In this document: positions 13,101-26,396 of the stretch, in pieces
How positions within the stretch are numbered: position 1 is the first letter of the stretch
Layout: the number at the start of each line of letters is the position of its first letter
Notes under the pieces: model-generated
Told to the model about the DNA's origin: nothing
Database searches by the model: none
Seen by the model: the letters and a program-made list of their open reading frames with translations, nothing else
From: Dimorphilus gyrociliatus
Lineage: Eukaryota > Animalia > Annelida
Assembly: GCA_904063045.1 (NCBI GenBank)
Contig: CAJFCJ010000006.1
Coordinates: 1,377,647-1,441,646, forward strand
Direction: 5' to 3'
Length of the DNA stretch: 64,000 nt
Program-made: the position numbers and the translations under genes

Positions 13101-15993
13101 AGACGTTGTATTTCATTTTCGGTTTCTGCTAAGGTTTTGTCAGTTTGTTTCTTATTTACTTCTCTATCGGATAGCCGCTTCTTTAATTCTTCAGCCTATA
13201 GTAAAGAATCTTTAACATTACAATTGAATCGTCTATTTCATTAATAAATTCTCCAGAATATGCTTAACGCCGTTTTCGTTATTATTCACCAATTCCCAAA
13301 AGGTATTATTCGCTTTGACACGTCCGAAAGCAATTTGTAGACGCTCGCAGCGTCACTTTGTTTTTTTTTTATACAAGAGATGCGACGCGAAACGCTGATA
13401 CCCTGGATATAAAACGGATCGATAGCAGAATATTTGCCGAACCTGAAGCGTCACGCTTTCTAAATTTCGTTCGTTAGCCGAAAGTTCCGTTTGTAGGTTC
13501 GAAATATAATTTAAATGATCGGTAACCTGAGAGGAGGGGAATAAAAAAGTCAATTTAATAAAATTCGCTGGTGTCAAACTGGATACTAGGGTTACCGTCT
13601 GATTAGTCGCTTGCAAATTTGCATTCAACTCGTCTATATGCTTTTCATTTTCCGCTATCTTCTTCTGCAGTTTATTGATCTAAAAAAAGAGAATCATCAT
13701 CCGAATTCCAGTAAAATATATATATATATCTTTACCTCAGTCCTGCCTAAATTCTCTGCAGTTTCGGCTTGAGATATTCGCTCTTTAAATAAGGCAATTT
13801 CCTGTTTTAATATTTCATCCTGAGAAGTCGTAGACTGCTGGTACTTTTGCAATAATTCTTTATTTAATTTACATTCGTTTTCCAGAGATAAAATCTTGGA
13901 ATCCTAATGAAATATACGGAAGATGAGAAGCAATAAAAAGAAAGAATACCAAATCACAGAAATGGTTATTCGCAGACAAAACTATTGTAATTACATCAAT
14001 ATAAAGGAAAAGAAAACAAAAGAAGCGCGCTTACTTTAGTTTCGATAATCGCTTTTAAAGAATCGACTTCACCAGCTTTTGTTAAGGCATTTGCGTAGTT
14101 TGTATGAATTTCTCGAGCTTCCGTTTCCGCCTTTTCGTTGTTCTGCTGGCCCAAAACACAAATTGATAAATATACGAATTATAGGGGAAAAAGTTGATGT
14201 AAGTATAAAATGGGATATTCGAGTAACAAAAATAGCAACAATAACAAACCGCAAAAGCTTGCTTTAGTTCATTCTCTAATTCCAAAACACGTCCATCCGA
14301 AGTATGCATTTTTAGTTCTGCTTCGGCCAATCTCTGTCGTAGAGACGCCTCATCTTTAGAAGATTCACCACTTTTCGAATGCAGCATATCCATTAATTTC
14401 TGAACGCTTTCGTCCCTAGCCGCAAGTGTTGCTTTTTGTGTGGCAATACGTAATTCCATTTCTTCAACCGTTTTTCTCAGAATTGATGCTTCCTTTAAAG
14501 CTCTAGTTGTTTCTTCGTTGGAACAATTTTTACGTGTAGGAGAAGTAGGAGTTTCAGCACTTTTAATGCTTTTCAGAATCTGTAACAAGACAAAACAGTT
14601 AATTTGGTTCAATCGACGCGTCAAAGGTCGGGTTAATTCGTGTCCAATTGCATTGACCTATTTACAGAACAAGTCACGTACATCAGTTTTCGGTTTCTTT
14701 TTGTTCTCCCTGCTCTGTTTGTCTCACTCCTAACACCGGCTAAAGCTCATTTGAAAGATAACCATCAGATACTTTATAGGATACAAAATACCCCATTTCC
14801 TTAAGATCGATAAATATAAGTAATAGGACGCTATAGTTTATCTAACTAATTATCTATGTTTGCTGATTGGACACGCTATTAAGTTACTAAAATTGCCGAG
14901 CTGATCATGTCTACTTTTACTAATTGTTTGTTCGCGATTAACCGTTGAAATTATGAATTATTCATAGCGATAACAAGCCATCGCTCTCCCTTACTCTTCC
15001 CTTATGGTATAAATCTGCCGCTAAACAGATATGATACAATTGTCTATTATCGATAGATGATTTTATGATTGTTTCCTAACTTAAGAAAAATCAATAGACC
15101 GATATGAATTGAGAAAGACGCTCGCGTCAACACCAGGCGACGTGCACTTAAGTTGTTCGATTTTTTTTTCTTTCTCTCTTTTTAGCTGTAGTTACGCCTC
15201 GTTCTGACAAGTAACTCACCGTATACTCCAATTAATAAGTGCTAGGCGGTCAAATTTGTTACCATAGCAACGTAATGCAAATATACTGGGATAATCCGGT
15301 TACAGTCGCGTAAGTGTATTGAAAAAGAAAAACCCTTACCGAGATTTCTTCCTGGGCAATCTTTAATTCATCCGAAATTCTAGCCAATCTGACACTCTCT
15401 TCTTTTCGTAGAGCTCTCTCCTTTTTCAATTCAGGACTCCAAAACGTTTTAATAGAATTCATAGAGGCCGACAGCTTCTCTCTAACTGCGTCTAATTCGC
15501 AACGCATCACTGAACAAGCCCGAGACAATTCAGTTACTTGAGCTTGTAATTCGAAAATACCATTGGCATTTGAGAAAGCAACATCTTGTTCTATAGAACG
15601 TGACCGAACAAGATTATCACCTCGTTCTAAGGATCTGGAACCCATATGAGGATGGCCCATCAAACCATAATGGCGATCTAGTTGACGATCTAAAGAACGG
15701 TCCCTTGCTAGCGAAACTGCAACTTCACGTTCAGTTCGTTCTCTAAGAAGACTTTTTACACTTGCGACTGATGATGAACGGCTATCTCCGGGACTTCCAA
15801 AAGGGCTGACAACGTCATACATAGCAGCAACATTGTAGAGATGCGCATCCGTGGATAACGGAGATTCAGCTCGTGATCGATGCCGTCCCTGATTTCTTGG
15901 AGATATCCCTTTAACAGCAGCAATTGGAGCAGCGTGTTTTGGGCTGAGCGAGGACATTTCTTGACGGCTTCGAGGACTATGATTTACGTACAT
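10188..15993 (-). CDS. ERC1: ELKS/CAST/ERC (Bruchpilot-family) active-zone coiled-coil protein
   Basis: Family signatures SIKTFWSPELKKERALRKEE, LRKTVEEMELRIATQK and LEEALRQSVTITAQRE. About 11 or more exons, e.g. 15993-15340, 14579-14250, 14146-14036, 13904-13737, 13679-13596, 13526-13443, 12302 to about 11593, 11468-11391, about 10750-10312, last exon 10238-10188 (ESGDSEDDEEEMAGFS*). Confidence 0.92.
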
Positions 15994-16792
15994 TTTCTCT
16001 GAAAATGATTAGCCGATGGAAGGCAAGAGATAAAAGGTAACAGGACGTCGGTTGCAAACTATCGACGTCATCTCCCTAATCCATTAGCCTTGTTGGGCTA
16101 TCCTACGCACAAATGAATGAGCGGGCGTCCGATGAAAGCGATGGCTAGAAAACAATTTTTGTGCCTTCTAGGAATTGCCTCGGCGACATCGGAAGTACAC
16201 TGCCGTCTCCGCGCAAAACGTTTTGTGTCTAAAACACTAAATAATACGAGCGAATAAAAAAACGCTACAAACGAGACTGTGTTAAGCCAACAATCTACTA
16301 CTACTATCCAATGCGTATAATACTAATTAACAAGTTGATTTAATTTTATAAACAAAAAAACGTTTCGCATAAAATATCAATAAAATTTTTTTTTAGTCGG
16401 CTCTTTCTCTTGTAATTTTTGTCTTATTTTCTTAAACCAAATACTTAACATATTTTCTTAAACTATTCCTTTATATATATAAAATATAGTAGATATTTTT
16501 AAAAGTTTTTTTTTTTTTAAAAAAACAAAAAGCATTAGTATTTAAATTAATTATAGTACCTTTTATATCTTTTATATTAAATCATTAAAATTTCAGGATG
16601 AATGAAAACGTTAAGCAATTTGTTAGAAACCTTTACGTTATTCAATTCTTTATTGAATATTTAACAATCAAAATCTTTTGTTTAATATTTATATTAAAAA
16701 AACTTTTTCTTATTTAATAGTTTATGTATAGGATACTCTATGTATAATATAGAAGTTATCTATGTTTTCATTAAAAACATCTAACGGGTAAT

Positions 16793-17100
16793 TTAACGAT
16801 ATTTGTTTATTATAGTATACTGCAACGATATTGCTATTATACTGGACAACGTAGATAAAAACGTCAAACAACTGTAGGGTTAATAAATTACTAAATGTAA
16901 GTTGATGGGAAAACAAGCTGTTTTTCCTGTTAAACTCGTAGGGTAAAAGAAAGAGGGAGAAAAGAATCTTTAGGATTTACTTACGTTAGTATCTTATTGA
17001 ATTTCTATAGTAAATTAATAGTATATATAATGTATATATAAGAATATATTTATATAAACCATACTATAATATTTACCAATCCTCCATTAACTGCGCTTAA
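16793..17100 (-). CDS. Candidate 3' end of an unannotated gene: microexons plus a hydrophobic C-terminal segment
   Basis: Exons 17100-17077 (24 nt), 17004-16985 (20 nt) and 16871-16793 have canonical AG/GT sites and splice in frame to LSAVNGGL-KFNKILT-CLTFLSTLSSIIAISLQYTIINKYR*. No homology recognised. Confidence 0.4.
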
Positions 17101-18908
17101 CTGTTATAGATTCAAATTTCAATAGAACAGTTTGTCTTTGGATAAATGCCAACAAATATTGCATAATGTCAGTCTTTTTGCTATCGCCTTTTCCAATTAG
17201 AATTAGTTCGACAAGCGCTAAAAGTTTAATCTTTGATGATATAATAGAAAGACAGAGGGGTTAACTATCAACAATTTAAATAGAAACAAAAGAGAATATA
17301 GGCTTTTTAATCTGTATATCTTGAAAATCAAAGGACCTTTGCTATCATTACAATCGGTCCGGTTCAATAAAGTATCGTAGAAGTGTATACTTTACTTGTA
17401 TAAATATTTTAAAGTGATGAATTAGACATTGATTAAAAATTGACTAATAACAAACACAATTAATTGTATTCTATCTGTAGATTTCATTTAGACAATTCTC
17501 CCTGTTTAATGATTACTTTTATTACATTTTTTATTGTATATTGCTGTTGTTTCTTCCATATTCTTGCATGGATAGTAAGAAACTAATTGGGTTAAAAAAA
17601 CGTGTTTAATGTCCGAGACCGATTCCTAATTTAAAATGTATATGAGGCATGAACTGAATTTATCTACTGGATGAAATCTTTAACAAGCTTCTTTTCCCTT
17701 TGGGTAAACCGCTGTAGAAATTGTATTCCATATTATTCTTATTATTTTCACAGCAAGAGGCTACTCTCCCTCTCTCTTGCGTTTGGCTCTTTTAATCCTT
17801 CAGAATATATATATATTTGACGTAGTGTTTATGGAAGCATTTGTATTTCTAAAAATGCTTATATTCAGACAATTTTTATCCGTATTCTGGTAGAGTATAT
17901 ACCATAGTTTACTAGGTTTGTATATATATAAATATCTGAAATATATATATATTTCCTCCCTAAAGTTTTAGAATTCTTTCAAATAATCCTTGGTTCTTGT
18001 CCGTTTTCTAGGTTATAGAATATTTAAACAAAAGAAAGTTTCTCAAAATAAGCACTAGTCAATTGCGGGAAAAACAGACTGATTCTCCCGTTTTTCCCTT
18101 GGTGGTCTTATTTTTATTGGCTCCCTAATCTCTCTATTTAAAAGAGAGCTTTTCCTTGCATAAAATATTATACATTCTTCCAATGAGAGTCTTTATTGTT
18201 GTAATTTAATTTTAGGATCGACTGTATACATATTAATTATAGTGTTGATTGAATAATTGTAAAATAAGAAATAATAACAAATTATTAATAAAACTATAAG
18301 AATAGTAAAATATTCAGATTCAAAATTTTAATATAACAACATCCTTTTAGTATTTGAGATATATTCGAATTTAGCGCTGCAATCGTTAAGAACACTTGAT
18401 CAGAATATCCTATTTCCGTATCCTTAAAGTGCATCCGCCATCTGGTGGGGAAGAAGCTTGTACAAAGATCCTTGTTAAATCCTTTATAAATAGAAGAATG
18501 AATAATCTATTCTATTCGTTCAATTTTTACTTAGGCAAACAAAATTTTGAAAAACAAGATACTATGAATGTTTAAGTTTTTAGTAAATGACTTATTTTGA
18601 TTCGATTCGACCATAAATAGTCTTTTTTTCGACATTTCTGAGCTGAAAACAGGATAAAAGTAAGTCAGGAATATATGATGTACAGGAACGAATCCATCTA
18701 ATAACAAGTATTCAAGATTTCTTTATTTTCTTCCTCTTCCAAATAAGAAGAATAGTTGTTAAATAGATTGAAAAAGAAAAGAATTCTTGAATAAGATTTG
18801 ATTCGTAGAACAATAAGACTAGTTACGTGTAATTTTATATTTATAGACCTATATTCCATTAACTTCTTTTTATATGTATAAAATCAGTATAAAACAAAAC
18901 AACAGAAT

Positions 18909-21848
18909 ATGATTCAAGGACAACCTGATAGTAGGGAAACTACTGAACCAGAGCAACAAGGTCCCCCTGAAATTCTGTATGGTAGAATAAAATTACCGAA
19001 ACATGGAATTTTCGAATCATCGATTTATTTATTCACATTAATAATCTTGATTATAGGCAATGGCTGCTATCAGACTTACATATATACAGAAGGTAAAATC
19101 ATATAAATTGTTGTAACATATCTTAATTAAAAGGCTAAATACAGAATATAAAGACGAGCTAATTGAATCAGATTCCGTTCAAAAGAGTTGGATTTTTGAC
19201 AGATACGTAGTAAGGCATATCTACATTTATCAAAAGTTAACAAATATAAAAAAGAAGAGAAGTTTGCCAACCAGGTCAATTATTATTTTTCCCTCAAAAG
19301 GATACTTTACTACTTCCTCTTAAATGATTATTGGGTAAAAACTTTCTTTATATATTAGATTAGTTAATTTTTTTCAATTTCATATAGGAGAGAAAGTATA
19401 CCATTGAAATTGATTAATTCAATCATTTTAAGTAAATAGAACAAGGATAATTAATTACACTTTAAAAATAAAGTTTTTATAGCAGTAATAATAACCTGAA
19501 TACTTGTTTACAAGTATTCAACATTTCAATAGTACTCGTTAAAGTATCTATTAATAGATCAATAAGAAACATCATCTATATATACGTTAAGAGGATAGAA
19601 AAAACATAATGAAATTAATTCTAAAAGGATCCTAATTAGAAAATATTTGATAGATGGCAACCACTTTCTTTCTCTCTCTTTATGTATTTATCTTTCATAT
19701 TCTACCTTCGGAAAAACTTAACAATAGTAATAATGAAGAACTATTCAAAGCCTTATTGATTTTTAGATGTGAAATTTGTGTTTTTTTTGTAGAGTAAATA
19801 ATTAATAAAAAGAATTCTATTGAGGGAAAATATGGAAAGATGTATCCGGTTGACAAACTTCAACGTCTCTATGTACTTTATACTCTTTAAAAATTTTAGA
19901 TTAATTATAAGTCAAGTAAAGAAATACTGTATGTTGTTCATCGTTTTAGAACAGCGTCTATTTTAAAGACTTTGTAGATTTATTGGTCAACTATATTAAG
20001 TAACGCTAGAAGCTTCTATCGATGAACATTACAGATCCAATAAAATTTTATTTGCGAAAAGATATTTATTACTTCATTTTCAGGATGGTGATGTGAGTTA
20101 TTCATTTTGGAAAGCATTTAATGTACTTTACCTAAAATGGACGATATGTTACATCGCTCTTTCTCTTACACTAAGACTTATTCCAAACGGCCATGAAGTA
20201 TATTATTTAATAAAGTTATCATTTCATCTATTTTCTTTATTTATAGTACAAATTTGCTGCAAGTGGTTTTTTTGGCATAGCAATATCTTTAAATGCTATG
20301 GGTGCCTTGTTTTTTTTACATATTTTGGAGTGTTTGGCTATATACTTAGTCGGTCGTTTTACTCGAAAAAAATGGGTTGTTTGGTTGATTAGTTTAGTAA
20401 TAATTTCAAATTATCAAGGATATTTTTTTACTAAAACATTTGAATTGTATAATATCATGAAATTCGCTCACAACTATGTCGATAAGGAACCTTGGCCAAC
20501 GGAACAAAGGGAAATGGCAATTATATCCTTTGCAAGTCTTACGACTCTTGGGTATCATCGTATAATCAGTTTTACCTTGTCTCTCTGTGATGAGAAGAAA
20601 AATGATGAGAAACATTCATTTATTCATTTAATTTTTTACACCTGCTACTATCCCTTTGCTGTACATGAGCCAATTATAAATTATGATCTATTTTACAAGC
20701 AGGTAGAGGAAACAGTAACACTTATTAATTAAACAATTACTGTAAATTAAAGTATTTATCTGTTTTTCTCTCTTAGATGACGCAGAAATACAAATCATTT
20801 TCTACTGATCAATTACACGATCTATTTTGCAGTTGTCTTCGATTTATTTGCTATTTCTGTGTGACAGAATTTAGTCTACACTACATGTGGCTATTTGGTA
20901 TTTCCAGAGCGGAATATATATTAAGATCTATGTCTTTATTAGCATTAGGAAGCTATTCGTTGCTAATAGCATCCTACTTTTCGGTTAGATTTAAGCCAAT
21001 ATATCAATTAATATTTTAATAGATGCATAAAAAGTAATTTATCTTTTTTAAAAGCTAATGTATAGTACTTTTTGGGAATTTAGTGGAATTCTAGCTAAAA
21101 TTGATGGTATATACTCCCATAGAACACCTAAATGTGTCATATCAATTTACAGATATTCGGAAATGTGGAGGTAATAAAAAAGAAAGGAGCTTATTGATTC
21201 ATTCTTTTCATTCTCTTATTATTATACCTCTTTTACAGAAAATTTGACAGAGGTTTATATTCGTTTTTAAAGAGGTAAGCTAAAAGAACCAAATCCATGT
21301 TAGAAAACTCTAAGTGAAGCAACGTTTTTCCAGCTCTATTTATATTCCATTGGGAGGATCTAGAAAGGGAAAATATAGACAGTTACTTGCAACATATATG
21401 TGTTTTATGTATGTAGCTGAATGGCATGGAGGAACGAGGTTATATACTGTTTGGGGTATTATTAATTTTTTCAATATCATCGGTGAAGCAATAGTCGATC
21501 AATTCATTTACCGGATGCGTCATAAATTCAGTAAATCTTGGTTAAGGAGAATTTATGCATTTTCTTATGCCATTCTAATATTGCCATCAATTTGGACTAA
21601 TATTGCGTTTACGTCAAGTGTTGAAATTGGTGAGGTTACTTACGACAGAATACTATGTGGTTAGTAAAATATCTATGACAACGCTTTCCTCCTTATTTAA
21701 TATAGTTCTCTATTTTTTTTTCATAGGTGGATTCACGCCAATACTATGTTCCATCCTATTTTTATATGCGGTAGTGCAGAATGGCATTGATGTAATGGAA
21801 TTTGAAAATAAGCTTACTGAAAAACATGACAAACTATGGAGTCTTTAG
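18909..21848 (+). CDS. HHAT: Hedgehog acyltransferase-like MBOAT
   Basis: Exons 18909-19092, 19145-19209, from 20084 onward (several), last exon ending 21848. Motifs DGDVSYSFW, PKCVISIYRYSEMWRKFDRGLYSFLK, YIPLGG and catalytic His in AEWHGG. Confidence 0.85.
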
Positions 21849-22140
21849 ATTATTCCTCTTCCAAAAACAACCTAGTGCTAAGGACTACTAAATACGTTAA
21901 CTCTATTGCTTGATTACAAATAAATAAACTGCAAATACATATCATGAAATTTAATAATGTTGATAGAAATGCCATCTGTAGGCAATTTGAGAATTTATTG
22001 AACGGTATCGAAGACTTTTAACAAGGCAACGGCACCTACAATATAAAAAAAATGGCGTTTTTAAGCGATTTCTGAATGGAATGCCTCCAATGTGGGTGGA
22101 ATATTTGCATAGTTAAAATCAATTGATCAATAGTTCAAGG

Positions 22141-25100
22141 ATGTTGATGCCTAATTTTAAAGACCCGTCAGGCTATTGTAATAATTACGGTAGTCATAAA
22201 ATAAATAGATGTTCTTTACTTACATCATTGGAATGTACGTGCACCGGCAAAGATAGTTCAAATCTGAAGAGTAAGCAAGAACTTTTCTCATCTTCCTCTG
22301 ATACCGAAAGTGAATCGGACGACGACGACACAGATGGAAGTAGGCACAATTTTCCACTTCGTTTTATGCACACTCTCTCTTCTTTTCTCTTTACATGATT
22401 CATTCATATTCTGATCCTTATTAACCTATAGGGTTTACTCTAGCCGACCTTTTAAAAGGGGTTTTACTTTTTGAAAAGAGGCATTGCAAAAATTTGAATG
22501 CAATGAAGAAATTAATAATGAACTTTGACGGGGTTGAAGATTTAAATGAAACTGATAGTGTTAAGGTGTAAATAAGACATGGTTTATATTTTAGACTTTT
22601 AATCATACTTTCTTTAAAAATTCCTAGATTTTTGACTATTTGAACGATAGTCGAAAAGAAATAAAGCAAATTGGATGTCTGATTATCGGCCAATTATGTA
22701 AGAATGAGGATAATACATTTAAATTTTTATATCATAGATTAGCTGAAAGGATGATTGAATTTTTAAATATTGAATATATGAGGGAATCATCCCTTTTTAC
22801 ACTAGAAAAGGTAAATTATTCTAGTTAAGTTTTAATTTATTAATACTTTTAAAACTTTCTTATCATTATTACGATAGATTGCGAAACATAAATCTCTTGC
22901 CGAAATGTGGATAACTGATGAAAATGTTGAAAATCTCTTTAAAGTTATAAAGATGTTGTTGAAAAGTTCATGTGATAAAGAAATCAACTTAGCAATTCTC
23001 AACTGTTTGAAGGCGTTTAGTTTCCATAAGAAATTGGCTAATATTATTATGGATGATACCAACACGTATCTCCGTAATCAGAATCCTACATCAAAAGATT
23101 TTAAGGTAACAATTTTATTATAAAGGATGCAATATTTCTTAATTAATATTAAGATAAAAATTTATTTATAGGAAGTTTACGCCGATTTAATGGGTAATTT
23201 ATTACTAGCGTGTGATTCAAGCAAAATGTCTATACTTAAATCATCTGCTTTACCTCATTGTATATCAATGATAAAAACGGGCAATTGGTAGGTTTTCCAT
23301 AGATTTAACAAACTAACTCTATTAATAATCTGTTGTCTTTTTTCTTTTATAATAAAATAAACAAGCTTTGAAAAGAAGAGAGCTTTACAATTCTTTGTAT
23401 CATTGATGGAGGAAAATGGTATAGTTTGCATCCTAGATTCAGATTTAATTCAATATATAATCTCTGCTTTTCTCTTCTGCAAATGCAGGTAATATAATTA
23501 AGAGTCGATTAAATAAAAGTTCATTAGACACTCTCTTTTTCATTTATATTTTAATTAATATTAAATTTAGTAAAGTAGAAGAGGTTTCCCTGTTGATTAT
23601 CTCCAAGCTAATTTCTGCTAAGGAAAGAGACGTTCGACAAAAAGTCCTAAGAGAAATTTATCATCAATTTCGATCAGATGATGAGAATATTAATCGATTT
23701 GAATTTTTATATAATATTGTATTCAATCGATTTCGAAAATTAGGTAAAAACATATCAATTATAACAAACAAAATGTTGCAATTTTGAATAATAATTTGGT
23801 AATAAAACAGCTCGAATTGAAAAGGATGAATCGTCTAAAGATGTATTTGTTCGTTTAATACCAAGTATAGACGTTGATTCTTCAACATTAAATCGAATAT
23901 CATATTTAATAAGAATTATTTACGATTTAATTAGCTATGAGAATGGGTTTGTATAAATATTTGAATAGTTAATTATAATCATTTAAATAAATTGTTCATT
24001 ATAGATATTTCGATGATCGTTCAGAAATTTCAAGAATTGACGATTTAACTGGAAATGGATTACTTTATATTATAGATTTACTTAGAGTTTATTCCTTACA
24101 ACCTAAATTAACAGTAAGGTCGATTAATAATGAAATGTTGGTTAGACCAACTTCCGGTAGAAGACAAGCTCCTCAGAGTGCTTTGAACATTCACAATATG
24201 CTACAAACTTCCGAAATTCAATTAGTTATTGATTTACTTAAATTAATTTATTTTATATCAAAATTTGGTGGAAAAAAAGTTGAAAATCTTCAAGATACTG
24301 TTGAACAGAAGCCTCTCGATAGCGAACCCATCAAAGAGGCTACTGAAGAATGTGAAATATTAACGAGATCTATAAGATTCCGTTTACTGCAGTCGGGTAC
24401 AATTCAAGCCGTTGGACCTTGGCTATCGTGTCGTCACTCTATGATTAAAGTTTGTAATCTTATCTATTGAATTTTTTTAGAAATTTCTCTCGTTATTTAA
24501 AGTAATAAAACTCTTTGAATTCATAAAGAAATATGCTGTCGAAATATTGGAAAATCTCTCGAGTCCAGTAACAGAGATAAGCAGGTAAAGTATACTTATA
24601 ATATATTGAATTATCATTATTAATATTCTTCAACAAGTTCTAGTAGTACTTGAATCACTATACTCTTTCATAGACCTATACCGCCGCCAAAGGACACAAA
24701 AGATAGAAGTGAAATTTTAAGAGATGCTCTAAATTCCATGTCAGAGGATAGTGCAAACATTATCGAGAATGCTTTGGGAGGGAATATAAGAATAAGGAGT
24801 GCCTGTGTAAATTCAATAAGAAAGAGAGTAACGTCATTCCGACCAATGTCAGCAATAGTAAAAGGTAATAATGATAAGTCAATAGAATAAACTCAAAGTA
24901 TAATCTAAGAGTCCTATGTATAAGTGTATACAGTATATGTCTATATAAACGAAACAGGTAAAAATGAATTGGTGAATGAAGTATACACTGAATGGAAACC
25001 AAAAATCAATTATAACGAAACCATTTTGAATCAATGTCTTGAACAAATCAAAGAGTTTCTATTACCGTTGTTATATAGTCTATTAACAAGCGATGAAGTT

Positions 25101-25524
25101 ATTAAAATATCTATATTACAATTTCTATATACACTTTTAAATTATCAAACTGTAAATATCATATCAATAACTGATTATGGAGGTGTAAAAGTACTTTTGG
25201 ATTGCGTAAGAATTTGGGATGAAGCATCTGGAATTGATCTTTTAAGAATGTGTAAGTTAAGAGAAATTAGAAATGTAAATATTTGCATTGATTGATTTAT
25301 CCTAATTAGATATTCGAATATTACATGAGATTATCAAGAAAGAAATGAGAGCGAAAGAAGCATTTCTTAAATTTGACGGTATTAAGGTTCTATGCTTGAA
25401 GCAACGAATTGTTAAGGCGAAACCTTATATTTCTGAATTTTTACAAAATCTACAAACGATAGAAACCCCGGTCTTTTCTCAGGAAAAAAATCAACCTAAT
25501 GATGTTTGGGCTAAGGTTCTTTGA
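22141..25524 (+). CDS. Uncharacterised multi-exon helical (ARM/HEAT-like) protein
   Basis: A chain of small ORFs joined by short GT-AG introns, with amphipathic Leu/Ile-rich helices (e.g. IKQIGCLIIGQLCKNE, NLAILNCLKAFSFHK). The last exon ends ...DVWAKVL* at 25524. Start codon uncertain (possibly 22081). Confidence 0.6.
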
Positions 25525-25738
25525 AATTCTTGTCAAGCTTTTTATTTAAAGAAACAAAACTACTAGAAAAAAAAGCCAATTCCCTTTCTTTTCACATTGC
25601 AGATTACTAGAAGGTGGGTGAATGAAGATCGTGTTATGCACATGTTCAGACGACCTAGTATCACGTGACTAAAGATTAATAATAAAATATTGTCATACAC
25701 CATTGAAAAAAATCTAAAAATCAAATTGCTCAGTTCGT

Positions 25739-26396
25739 TTAATGAGATTTATCGTATGTATCTTGGCCCTTGTAGTTGCCCACGTAGCCACTATTTTCGA
25801 CGCGCTCTTCTCTACCATCTTTACCTTTTCCCTTGCCACTCTCATCAAATCTCTCCTTATGGGCTCCAGTATACTTAGAAGTGTCCGTGAGTCGGTCAGT
25901 AACGCCTTTGTTGGCGGTAGTCTAAGTAAAAAAGTAAATATAGCATGAATATTGACAGCTTTTTGAAAAATTTGATTGATTTAAGGAAAATATTTACCGC
26001 TCCCTTAGTTGCAACGTCTTTGCTTAGCTCAGCAATTAAAGCATTTAGGGCAGCATCAACGTCAGCGCATTTATGATCAACTTTGTATTTTTCGGCACAA
26101 AGAGGAAGAATTTTGGTCTTGAAAACTTCATAGTTGAGAATACTATAAACAAAGTCATACAAATATTATATATAGCAATATCTTACAAAACTATAAATCA
26201 CTAACTTTCCATCTTTTTTTACGGCATGCTTTGCCCAGCAAATATCCAAATGATTCGATGTAAAATTAGTTTTGAATACTTTGTTGAGTTTCATCCATTT
26301 AGTTACTTCACTTAAGGTTGCCGCCTTCTTCTTAGTAGCATCGGTTTTACTTGCATACTTGTTAAATTGCGCTTGTAATGGATCAGCTGCTGCCAT
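25739..26396 (-). CDS. TPPP: Tubulin polymerization-promoting protein (p25alpha family), about 172 aa
   Basis: Exons 26396-26206, 26142-25998, 25921-25739. Motifs [31 protein letters not shown] and [14 protein letters not shown]. Confidence 0.93.

Noticed and set aside
18418-18887. Possible U12-type intron (GTATCCTT ... TTCCATTAAC ... CAG) in the HHAT 5' region
   Set aside because: The branch site is imperfect and about 25 nt from the AG. Other GTATCCTT hits (11946 on plus, about 50890 on minus) fall inside coding sequence, so chance is likely.
21023-21033. 11-nt microexon in HHAT
   Set aside because: It would need a 21-nt intron; direct splicing 20983>21055 gives a gap-free HHAT alignment.
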